Source of the DNA: Eledone cirrhosa
Lineage: Eukaryota
Assembly: GCA_964016885.1 (NCBI GenBank)
Contig: OZ024764.1
Coordinates: forward strand, 5,580,001-5,644,000
DNA length: 64,000 nucleotides
Direction: 5' to 3'
In this document: one piece after another, positions 30,001 to 41,559 of the stretch
Numbering within the stretch: position 1 is the first letter of the stretch
How the letters are laid out: each line of letters opens with the position of its first letter
The notes under the pieces: model-generated
The model's input: the letters and a program-made list of their open reading frames with translations, nothing else
What the model was told of the DNA's origin: nothing
Database searches by the model: none
Program-made: the position numbers and the translations under genes

Positions 30001-33000
30001 TTCTCTCTAGATATACCTACTGCTATAGTCTCACATTTAGACCTGTTTCTCTCTAGATGTACCTACCGCTATAGTCTCACATTTAGACCTGTTTCTCTCT
30101 AGATATACCTACTGCTATAGTCTTACATTTAGACCTGTTTCTCTCTAGATATACCTACTGCTGTCGTCTCACATTTAGACCTGTTTCTCTCTAGATATAC
30201 CTACTGCTATAGTCTTACATTTAGACCTGTTTCTCTCTAGATATACCTACTGCTGTAGTCTCACATTTAGACTTGTTTCTCTCTAGATGTACCTACTGCT
30301 ATAGTCTCACATTTAGACCTGTTTCTCTCTAGATATACCTACGGATATAGTCTTACATTTAGACCTGTTTCTCTCTAGATGTACCTACTGCTATAGTCTC
30401 ACATTTAGACCTGTTTCTCTCTAGATATACCTACTGCTATAGTCTTACATTTAGACCTGTTTCTCTCTAGATATACCTACTGCTATAGTCTTACATTTAG
30501 ACCTGTTTCTCTCTTGATATACCTACAACTATAGTCTCACATTTAGACCTATTTCAATCTAGATATACCTACTGATATAGTCTTACATTTAGACATGTTT
30601 CTCTCTAGATATACCTACTGCAATGGTCTTACATTTAGACCTGTTTCTCTCTAGATATACCTACTGCTATAGTCTCACATTTAGACCTGTTTCTCTCTAG
30701 ATGTACCTACTGCTATAGTCTCACATTTAGACCTGTTTCTCTCTAGATATACCTACTGCTATAGTCTTACATTTAGACCTGTTTCTCTCTAGATATACCT
30801 ACTGCTATAGTCTTACATTTAGACCTGTTTCCCTCTAGATATACCCACTGCTATAGTCTCACATTTAGACCTATTTCTCTCTAGATATACCTACTGATAT
30901 AGTCTTACATTTAGACCTGTTTCTCTCTAGATATACCTACTGCAATGGTCTTACATTTAGACCTGTTTCTCTCTAGATATACCTACTGCTATAGTCTCAC
31001 ATTTAGACCTGTTTCTCTCTAGATGTACCTACTGCTATAGTCTCACATTTAGACCTGTTTCTCTCTAGATATACCTACTGCTGTAGTCTCACATTTAGAC
31101 CTGTTTCTCTCTAGATATACCTACTGCTATAGTCTCACATTTAGACCCGTTTCTCTCTAGATATACCTGCTGCTATAGTCTTACATTTAGACCTGCTTCT
31201 CTCTAGATATACCTACTGCTATAGTCTCACATTTAGACCTGTTTCTCTCTAGATATACCTACTGCTGTAGTCTCACATTTAGACCTGTTTCTCTCTAGAT
31301 ATACCTACTGCTATAGTCTCACATTTAGACCTGTTTCTCTCTAGATATACCTACTGCTATAGTCTCACATTTAGACCTGTTTCTCTCTAGATATACCTAC
31401 TGCTATAGTCTCACGTTTAGACCTGTTTCTCTCTAGATGTACCTACTGCTATAGTCTCACATTTAGACCTGTTTCTCTCTAGATATACCTACTGCTATAG
31501 TCTTACATTTAGACCTGTTTCTCTCTAGATATACCTACTGCTATAGTCTTACATTTAGACCTGTTTCTCTCTCGATATACCTACAACTATAGTCTCACAT
31601 TTAGACCTATTTCAATCTAGATATACCTACTGATATAGTCTTACATTTAGACCTGTTTCTCTCTAGATATACCTACTGCAATGGTCTTACATTTAGTTCT
31701 GTTTCTCTCTAGATATACCTACTGCTATAGTCTCACATTCAGACCCGTTTCTCTCTAGATATACCTACTGCTATAGTCTTACATTTAGACCTGCTTCTCT
31801 CTAGATATACCTACTGCTATAGTCTCACATTTAGACCTGTCTCTCTCTAGATATGCCTACTACTATAGTCTCACATTTAGACCTGTTTCTCTCTAGATAT
31901 ACCTACTGCTATAGTCTTACATTTAGACCTGTTTCTCTCTTGATATACCTACAACTATAGTCTCACATTTAGACCTATTTCAATCTAGATATACCTACTG
32001 ATATAGTCTTACATTTAGACATGTTTCTCTCTAGATATACCTACTGCAATGGTCTTACATTTAGACCTGTTTCTCTCTAGATATACCTACTGCTATAGTC
32101 TCACATTTAGACCTGTTTCTCTCTAGATGTACCTACTGCTATAGTCTCACATTTAGACCTGTTTCTCTCTAGATATACCTACTGCTATAGTCTTACATTT
32201 AGACCTGTTTCTCTCTAGATATACCTACTGCTATAGTCTTACATTTAGATCTGTTTCCCTCTAGATATACCCACTGCTATAGTCTCACATTTAGACCTAT
32301 TTCTCTCTAGATATACCTACTGATATAGTCTTACATTTAGACCTGTTTCTCTCTAGATATACCTACTGCAATGGTCTTACATTTAGACCTGTTTCTCTCT
32401 AGATATACCTACTGCTATAGTCTCACATTTAGACCTGTTTCTCTCTAGATGTACCTACTGCTATAGTCTCACATTTAGACCTGTTTCTCTCTAGATATAC
32501 CTACTGCTGTAGTCTCACATTTAGACCTGTTTCTCTCTAGATATACCTACTGCTATAGTCTCACATTTAGACCCGTTTCTCTCTAGATATACCTGCTGCT
32601 ATAGTCTTACATTTAGACCTGCTTCTCTCTAGATATACCTACTGCTATAGTCTCACATTTAGACCTGTTTCTCTCTAGATATACCTACTGCTGTAGTCTC
32701 ACATTTAGACCTGTTTCTCTCTAGATATACCTACTGCTATAGTCTCACATTTAGACCTGTTTCTCTCTAGATATACCTACTGCTATAGTCTCACATTTAG
32801 ACCTGTTTCTCTCTAGATATACCTACTGCTATAGTCTCACGTTTAGACCTGTTTCTCTCTAGATGTACCTACTGCTATAGTCTCACATTTAGACCTGTTT
32901 CTCTCTAGATATACCTACTGCTATAGTCTTACATTTAGACCTGTTTCTCTCTAGATATACCTACTGCTATAGTCTTACATTTAGACCTGTTTCTCTCTCG

Positions 33001-36000
33001 ATATACCTACAACTATAGTCTCACATTTAGACCTATTTCAATCTAGATATACCTACTGATATAGTCTTACATTTAGACCTGTTTCTCTCTAGATATACCT
33101 ACTGCAATGGTCTTACATTTAGACCTGTTTCTCTCTAGATATACCTACTGCTATAGTCTCACATTTAGACCTGTTTCTCTCTAGATGTACCTACTGCTAT
33201 AGTCTCACATTTAGACCTGTTTCTCTCTAGATACACCTACTGCTATAGTCTTACATTTAAACCTGTTTCTCTCTAGATATACCTACTGCTGTAGTCTTAC
33301 ATTTAGACCTGTTTCCCTCTAGATATACCTACTGCTATAGTCTCACATTTAGACCTATTTCTCTCTAGATATACCTACTGATATAGTCTTACATTTAGAC
33401 CTGTTTCTCTCTAGATATACCTACTGCAATGGTCTTACATTTAGACCTGTTTCTCTCTAGATATACCTACTGCTATAGTCTCACATTTAGACCTGTTTCT
33501 CTCTAGATGTACCTACTGCTATAGTCTCACATTTAGACCTGTTTCTCTCTAGATGTACCTACTGCTATAGTCTTACATTTACACCTGTTTCTCTCTAGAT
33601 GTACCTACTGCTATAGTCTCACATTTACACCTGTTTCTCTCTAGATATACCTACTGCAATGGTCTTACATTTAGACATATTTCTCTCTAGATATACCTAC
33701 TGATATAGTCTTACATTTAGACCTGTTTCTCTCTAGATATACCTACTGCAATGGTCTTACATTTAGTCCTGTTTCTCTCTAGATATACCTACTGCTATAG
33801 TCTCACATTTAGACCCGTTTCTCTCTAGATATACCTACTGCTATAGTCTTACATTTAGACCTGCTTCTCTCTAGATATACCTACTGCTGTAGTCTCACAT
33901 TTAGACCTGTCTCTCTCTAGATATGCCTACTACTATAGTCTCACATTTAGACCTCTTTCTCTCTAGATATACCTACTGATATAGTCTTACATTTAGACCT
34001 GTTTCTCTCTAGATATACCTACTGCTATAGTCTCACATTTAGACCTGTTTCTCTCTAGATATACCTACTGCTATAGTCTCACATTTAGACCTGTTTCTCT
34101 CTAGATATACCTACTGCTATAGTCTCACATTTAGACCTGTTTCTCTCTAGATATACCTACTGTTATAGTCTTACATTTAGACCTGTTTCTCTCTAGATAT
34201 ACCTACTGCTGTAGTCTCACATTTAGACCTGCTTCTCTCTAGATATACCTATTGATATAGTCTTACATTTAGACCTGTATCTCTCTAGATATACCTACTG
34301 CTATAGTCTCACATTTAGACCTCTTTCTCTCTAGATATACCTACTGCTATAGTCTCACATTTAGACCTGGTTCTCTTTAGATGTACCTACTGATATAGTC
34401 TCACATTTACACCTGTTTCTCTCTAGATGTACCTACTGCTATAGTCTTACATTTAGACCTGTTTCTCTCTAGATGTACCTACTGCTATAGTCTCACATTT
34501 AGACCTGTTTCTCTCTAGATATACCTACTGCTATAGTCTCACATTTAGACCTGTCTCTCTCTAGATATACCTACTGCTATAGTCTCACATTTAGACCTCT
34601 TTCTCTCTAGATATACCTACTGTTATAGTCTTACATTTAGATCTCTTTCTCTCTAGATATACCTACTGCTGTAGTCTCACATTTAGACCTGTTTCTCTCT
34701 AGATGTACCTACTGCTATAGTCTTACATTTAGACCTGTTTCTCTCTAGATATACCTACTGCTATAGTCTCACTTTAGACCTGTTTCTCTCTAGATATACC
34801 TACTGCTATAGTCTCACATTTAGACCTGTTTCTCTCTAGATGTACCTACCGCCATAGTCTCACATTTAGACCTGTTTCTCTCTAGATATACCTACTGCTA
34901 TAGTCTTACATTTAGACCTGTTTCTCTCTAGATATACTTACTGCTGTAGTCTCACATTTAGACCTGTTTCTCTCTAGATATACCTACTGCTATAGTCTTA
35001 CATCTAGACCTGTTTCTCTCTAGATATACCTACTGCTGTAGTCTCACATTTAGACCTGTTTCTCTCTAGATGTACCTACTGCTATAGTCTCACATTTAGA
35101 CCTGTTTCTCTCTAGATATACCTACTGATATAGTCTTACATTTAGACCTGTTTCTCTCTAGATATACCTACTGATATAGTCTTACATTTAGACCTGTTTC
35201 TCTCTAGATGTACCTACTGCTATAGTCTCACATTTAGACCTGTTTCTCTCTAGATATACCTACTGCTATAGTCTTACATTTAGACCTGTTTCTCTCTAGA
35301 TATACCTACAACTATAGTCTCACATTTAGACCTATTTCAATCTAGATATACCTACTGATATAGTCTGACATTTAGACCTGTTTCTCTCTAGATATACCTA
35401 CTGCAATGGTCTTACATTTAGACCTGTCTCTCTCTAGATATGCCTACTACTATAGTCTCACATTTAGACCTCTTTCTCTCTAGATATACCTACTGTTATA
35501 GTCTTACATTTAGACCTGTTTCTCTCTAGATATACCTACTGCTGTAGTCTCACATTTAGACCTGTTTCTCTCTAGATATACCTATTGATATAGTCTTACA
35601 TTTAGACCTGTATCTCTCTAGATATACCTACTGCTATAGTCTCACATTTAGACCTCTTTCTCTCTAGATATACCTACTGCTATAGTCTCACATTTAGACC
35701 TGGTTCTCTTTAGATGTACCTACTGATATAGTCTCACATTTACACCTGTTTCTCTCTAGATGTACCTACTGCTATAGTCTTACATTTAGACCTGTTTCTC
35801 TCTAGATGTACCTACTGCTATAGTCTCACATTTAGACCTGTTTCTCTCTAGATATACCTACTGCTATAGTCTCACATTTAGACCTGTCTCTCTCTAGATA
35901 TACCTACTGCAATAGTCTCACATTTAGACCTCTTTCTCTCTAGATATACCTACTGTTATAGTCTTACATTTAGACCTCTTTCTCTCTAGATATACCTACT

Positions 36001-37368
36001 GCTGTAGTCTCACATTTAGACCTGTTTCTCTCTAGATGTACCTACTGCTATAGTCTTACATTTAGACCCGTTTCTCTCTAGATATACCTACTGCTATAGT
36101 CTCACTTTAGACCTGTTTCTCTCTAGATATACCTACTGCTATAGTCTCACATTTAGACCTGTTTCTCTCTAGATGTACCTACCGCCATAGTCTCACATTT
36201 AGACCTCTTTCTCTCTAGATATACCTACTGCTGTAGTCTTACATTTAGACCTGTTTCTCTCTAGATATACCTACTGCTATAGTCTTACATTTAGACCTGT
36301 TTCTCTCTAGATATACTTACTGCTGTAGTCTCACATTTAGACCTGTTTCTCTCTAGATATACCTACTGCTATAGTCTTACATCTAGACCTGTTTCTCTCT
36401 AGATATACCTACTGCTGTAGTCTCACATTTAGACCTGTTTCTCTCTAGATGTACCTACTGCTATAGTCTCACATTTAGACCTGTTTCTCTCTAGATATAC
36501 CTACTGCTATAGTCTTACATTTAGACCTGTTTCTCTCTAGATATACCTACAACTATAGTCTCACATTTAGACCTATTTCAATCTAGATATACCTACTGAT
36601 ATAGTCTGACATTTAGACCTGTTTCTCTCTAGATATACCTACTGCAATGGTCTTACATTTAGACCTGTTTCTCTCTAGATATACCTACTGCTATAGTCTC
36701 ACATTTAGACCTATTTCTCTCTAGATATACCTACTGATATAGTGTTACATTTAGACCTGTTTCTCTCTAGATGTACCTACTGCTATAGTCTCACATTTAC
36801 ACCTGTTTCTCTCTAGATATACCTACTGCTATAGTCTCACATTTAGACCTGTTTCTCTCTAGATATACCTACTGCTATAGTCTCACATTTACACCTGTTT
36901 CTCTCTAGATATACCTACTGCTGTAGTCTTACATTTAGACCTGTTTCTCTCTAGATGTACCTACTGTTATAGTCTCACATTTACACCTGTTTCTCTCTTG
37001 ATGTACCTACTGTTATAGTCTTACATTTAGACCTGTTTCTCTCTAGATATACCTACTGTTATAGTCTTACATTTAGACCTGTTTCTCTCTAGATATACCT
37101 ACTGCTATAGTCTTACATTTAGACCTGTTTCTCTCTAGATATACCTACTGCTATAGTCTTACATTTAGACTTGTTTCTCTCTAGATATACCTACTGCTAT
37201 AGTCTTACATTTAGACCTGTTTCTCTCTAGATGTACCTACTGCTATAGTCTTACATTTAGACTTGTTTCTCTCTAGATATACCTACTGCTATAGTCTCAC
37301 ATTTAGACCTGTTTCTCTTTAGATATACTTACTGCTATAGTCTTACATTTAGACCTGTTTCTCTCTAG
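1..37368 (+). repeat. 46-bp tandem satellite, about 810 copies, intronic, runs off the window start
   Basis: Consensus CATTTAGACCTGTTTCTCTCTAGATATACCTACTGCTATAGTCT(C/T)A repeats without interruption, with rare 45-bp units (e.g. near 2346, 4830, 6070, 11728). It ends exactly at the AG (37367-37368) preceding a coding exon. Confidence 0.99.
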
Positions 37369-37414
37369 ATGTTCCTTTTGCTATGCTGCAAAAGCCAGTA
37401 TTTTCAAACATAAT
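37369..37414 (+). CDS. M13 peptidase-like gene, exon A (46 nt): xVPFAMLQKPVFSNI(M)
   Basis: ctctctag|AT...AT|gtaagt. Aligns to the M13 segment VFPAGILQPPFF (PHEX-type FPAGELQKPFF). Its phase joins the next exon in frame. Confidence 0.9.
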
Positions 37415-37583
37415 GTAAGTACAATATTCATGCAATTATTGTTGTTGCAGTTGTAGTTGTTATTTGCCTGCAGTAAAAGAATGTTACAAGGTCTTGAGTT
37501 TCAGATAAACATATTTAATTAATTTATAAATTGGATTTTACGTGTGTGTGTGTGATCCCAGAAGATCTCAATGGAGGGAAGCT

Positions 37584-37889
37584 GTGGCAGTGGTAGTGGT
37601 GGTGGTGGTACTATTGGTGGTGGAGGTGATGGTGGTAGTGGTGGTGGTGTTAGTGGTGGTGGTGTTGGTGGTGGTAGTGGTAGTGTTGGTGATGGTGGTA
37701 GTGGTGGTGATGATAATGATGATGATCGTGGTGATGGTGGTGGTGTTAGTGGTGTTAGTGGTGGTGGTGGTGTTAGTGGTGGTGGTGGTAGTGGTGGTGA
37801 TGAAAATGAATGATGGTGGTGGTGTTGATAACGATGGTGGAGGTGGTGGTGGTGGTGGTGGTGGTGGTGGTGGTGGTGGTGGTGGTGGT
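37584..37889. repeat. Degenerate (GGT)n/(GAT)n trinucleotide microsatellite
   Basis: Direct reading. It explains the Gly-rich and Val-rich ORFs in the track. Confidence 0.95.
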
Positions 37890-38005
37890 TGTCATCATTG
37901 TTGTCATGGTAGTAGGGATGGTGAAGAAGAACCTTCTAACTTTCATACCCTGCTCATCATTTCTAACTACACATTTCCTTATATTTACAATTTTATTTTT
38001 TACAG

Positions 38006-38073
38006 GTCTGCTAATTTCGGTGGATTAGGAACTGTGATTGGACACAAAATATTTCATGCTTTCAATATTGATG
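38006..38073 (+). CDS. M13 peptidase-like gene, exon B (68 nt): SANFGGLGTVIGHKIFHAFNID, zinc-binding motif exon
   Basis: tttttacag|G...GATG|gtaggt. Matches neprilysin [20 protein letters not shown], with HExxH changed to HKIFH. Confidence 0.95.
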
Positions 38074-38266
38074 GTAGGTATTCAATAATCTATTGATTTC
38101 TTGTCATTCAATTGAGATTCCGGCTAATTACAGACACTAAGAAATGAGATGTTGTCATGTTTATCCTTTTCTTAAGTACTTCAGCTACATTGTTATTAAT
38201 CCACTTGTTCATATGTTCAATAATTTGGCATAATCTGTGGCTGGTAACCCTTCTTAACTCTAACCT

Positions 38267-39061
38267 CTTTACAGAGTGTACTGGGTGTATTTTATTGTGG
38301 CACCAACACTACGACATTACAGAGTGTACTGGGTGTATTTTATTGTGGCACCAACACTATCACTTTACAGAGAGTACTGGGTGTATTTTATTGTGGCACC
38401 AATACTACCACTTTACAGAGAGTACTGGGTGTATTTTATTGTGGCACCAAGAGTACCACTTTACAGAGAGTACTGGGTGTATTTTATTGTGACACTGACA
38501 CTACGACTTTACAGAGTGTACTGGGTGTATTTTGTGGCACCAACATTACCATACAGAGTGTACTGGGTGTATTTTATTGTGACAACACTACCACTTTACA
38601 GAGTGTACTGGGTGTATTTTGTTGACAACACTACCACTTTACAGAGTGTCCTGGGTGTATTTTATTGTGACACCAACACTACCACTTTACAGAGTGTACT
38701 GGGTGTATTTTATTGTGGCACCAACACTACCACTTTACAGAGTGTACTGGGTGTATTTTATTGTGGCACCAACACTACCACTTTACAGAGTGTACCGGGT
38801 GTATTTTGTGGCACCAACACTACCACTTTACAGAGTGTACTGGGTGTATTTTATTGTGACACCAACACTACCACTTTGCAGAGTGTACTTGGTGTATTTT
38901 ATTGTGACAACACTACCACTTTACAGAGTGTACTGGGTTAAGTTTATTGTGGTACCAACACTACCACTTTACAGAGTGTACTGGGTTAAGTTTATTGTGG
39001 TACCAACACTACCACTTTACAGAGTGTACTGGGTGTATTTTATTGTGGCACCAACACTGCC
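38267..39061 (+). repeat. ~48-bp minisatellite (about 17 copies) derived from a reverse-oriented RTE-type LINE/SINE 3' region
   Basis: Unit CTTTACAGAGTGTACTGGGTGTATTTTATTGTGGCACCAACACTACCA, with 45-bp variants. It resembles the reverse complement of 40562-40650. Confidence 0.9.
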
Positions 39062-39586
39062 ATTTTATTTTGCCATGATCTCTCTGGCCCTTCCTATCTC
39101 CAATACCTTAACCATTAAATTACATGTCTTCATAATGGGATATGTACTGCTACTAAGTTACCATATACTTGAATATAAGCAGATCCAAATTAAGCCGACC
39201 CCCTATTTTGTGTTTGAGAAATAGGCAAAAATCCAAACCCCCTTTATAAGCCAAGACAGGTTATCAACACGTTTAGATGGTGCAGTTGTGAAATTCTCAT
39301 GAATGGAGAATATATTTACAAAGTTTTAATATTTTGATATTTAAAAGGTTTTAAGTGTCATTTAAAGAATAGTTTTTGTTTCACAACTCCATTACATAAT
39401 GTTTTTACCAATTTCTGGCTCCTTTGAAGGTCATATTCATTCAAAATACAGAAAGCAATAAGAAAAATAAATTCCACCCCAAAGTGAAACAGGTGTAATA
39501 TTCACATCCAAAGTTGGTGAAAATAGGCAAAATGTTGACCTTGAATTTAAATCAGCTCCCATTATACTGTCAATATTTTATCACAT

Positions 39587-40821
39587 ATAGAGAAGAAATT
39601 CCAAACTTGGAAGCAGGGACTAGAAAGAAAGGGTCTCAAAGTCAACATGACAAAGACTAAGATCCTTGTAAGTAGACGAGAAAACAGAACCCAGATCCCC
39701 TCAGGGAAATGGCCTTGCTCAGTATGTAGGAAAGGTGTAGGTAGGAACTCCATTCTCTGCCCCAAATGTAAACAATGGGTACACAAGAGATGTAGCAGGA
39801 TCTCAGGAAGCTTAATTAAGAATGTAGGCTTCACATGCAGCAGCTGTGCTGGGACAGCAAGCAGCAAACAGCCACAGGAAACAAGTACCACCAATCTCTG
39901 GGAGGGCTCTGTAGAAACAGTAGACAGCTTCTGCTACCTAGGTGACCGAATTAGCAGCGGAGGTGGGTGTTCAGAAAGTACAATAACTAGGGTAAGAACA
40001 AGATGGAAGAAGTTCAGGGATCTACTGCCACTGCTGGCTGCAAAAGGCTTCTCCCTCAAAATGAAAGGCAGACTGTATGATGCGTGTATCCGAACAGCAA
40101 TGTTACATGGTAGTGAGACCTGGGCGCTGAAGGTGGAAGACTTACGTAGATTAGAAAGAAACGAAGCTTGCATGCTCCGATGGATGTGTAATAGTAATAT
40201 ACGCGAACGACAAAGTATAAATGAATTGAGAGAGAGACTGAGCATAAGAGGAATCAAATGCTGTGTGCAGGAGAGGCGGTTGCGTTGGTATGGACATGTG
40301 ATGTGTATGAAGGATGACAGCTGCATAAAAAGGTGCAGAGCACTAGAAGTCAATGGAGACCGTGGAGTGGGGAGACCAATGATGACCTGGGATGAGGTGA
40401 TAAAAGCCGACCTTGTCCAATTACACCTCTCCAAGGCGATGACACACGACCGTGACCTCTGGCGTCACGCACTAATACAGAGTACCCGGCCACCCATGAG
40501 TACAAGCTGAAGCATATAGACAATATGCCCCCACACCCCCCACCGCAAGGTGGTCGTGGAGGTGCCACGGCAAAAAAGCACCCAGCACTCACTGTAAAGT
40601 GGACGTGTAGGCGCCACGAAAAAGTACCCAGCACTCACTGTAAATGAGGTTGGTGTTAGGAAGGGCATCCAGCTGTAGAAATCAAACCAAATCAGTTCCT
40701 GTATGAGCAAGGCATGGTCAGCCGACCAGACACTGCCCACAACAGGACAACCCGTCTAACCCATGCTAGCATGGAAGAACGGACGTAAAATGGTAATGAT
40801 GATGATGATGATGATGATGAT
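39587..40821 (+). mobile_element. 5'-truncated RTE-clade LINE: RT C-terminal region with a Cys/His cluster, 3' UTR and (GAT)n tail
   Basis: Open frame 39587-40510: WKQGLERKGLKVNMTKTK...CSVC..CPKC..HKRC...FCYLGD...MLHGSETW...RRLRWYGHV...RGVGRP..TW, typical of RTE ORF ends. Tandem GAT tail at about 40795-40821. Confidence 0.9.
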
Positions 40822-40915
40822 ATTTCTTGGCTTATATACAAGTATATACAGTAATCCAGATGTTAAGAATATTCTATAATTCACATGTTTAATACTGTAA
40901 TTCAATTTATTTCAG

Positions 40916-41031
40916 ATGAAAACTCCACTGGTCAATGGCTGAATGATTCTTCTCGACCGAAATACTTCGAGTTGAAAAATTCTGTTGCTAATATATACAG
41001 CAAATACCAGTTGAAATCACCAAACGAGACA
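40916..41031 (+). CDS. M13 peptidase-like gene, exon C (116 nt): DENSTGQWLNDSSRPKYFELKNSVANIYSKYQLKSPNET
   Basis: atttcag|AT...ACA|gtaagt. Phase 1 in, phase 0 out, consistent with both neighbours. Aligns to WWT..S...F....QCMVYQYGNF. Confidence 0.85.
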
Positions 41032-41076
41032 GTAAGTTATCATCATTATCACCATCATCAGAGTTACGGCCCTTTA

Positions 41077-41198
41077 TGGTCTGAGTTCAAATCCCGCCGA
41101 GGTTAACTTTGCCTTCCATCCCTACGGGGTCGATAAAATAAAGTACCAGTAATACACTGAGATAATTGCTGGCCTTGCGCCAAAAGTAGAAACAATTA
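41077..41198 (+). mobile_element. tRNA-derived SINE fragment
   Basis: B-box-like GAGTTCAAATCCC followed by CTTTGCCTTCCATCCCTACGGGGTCGATAAAATAAAGTACCAGT. A diverged copy lies at about 46525-46605. Confidence 0.6.
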
Positions 41199-41559
41199 TC
41201 ACCATCATCATCATCAATGATTAATGTCTATTTTCCATACTTACATGGGTTAGATAGGCTGTCACGTTATGGGGTTAGCCAAGCCAGGTGACCATGTGTT
41301 GCTTATACAGATTCATCATCATCGTTTAGTGTCCATTTTCCCTGCTTGCAAGGGTTGGACATGTTGTCACAGACTTGGTGTATTTTATCATGGCATTAAT
41401 ACCAGGAAAGTTATATACTTGGCATAGCTGAAGATCCTCCAAGCTCTTTGTTTGGCAAGTATTCTATAGCTAGGTGCCTCTTCTATCACCAACCACTTTC
41501 CACAAGTGTACTGGGCGATTGTTTATTGTGTAATTAACACTTAAGAAGATGCCATGTCC

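Noticed and set aside
1-37368. CRISPR array, or a repetitive coding region
   Set aside because: Units are contiguous with no unique spacers, there are no cas genes, and the context is eukaryotic. The 46-bp period brings a stop into every frame within about three units.
1-37368. Each unit as a 17-nt micro-exon (AG|ATATACCTACTGCTATA|GT), giving a Dscam-like cassette array
   Set aside because: The donor GTCTCA/GTCTTA is very poor, the spacing of 29 nt is too short for an intron, and 17 nt does not preserve exon A phase.
37369-37414. Exon A length (46 nt) equals the satellite period
   Set aside because: Only the first ~16 nt resemble the unit. I see no mechanism linking the lengths and treat it as coincidence.
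37542-38028. Gly-rich and Val-rich ORFs
   Set aside because: These are translations of the (GGT)n tract. Only the end of the 184-aa ORF overlaps real exon B.
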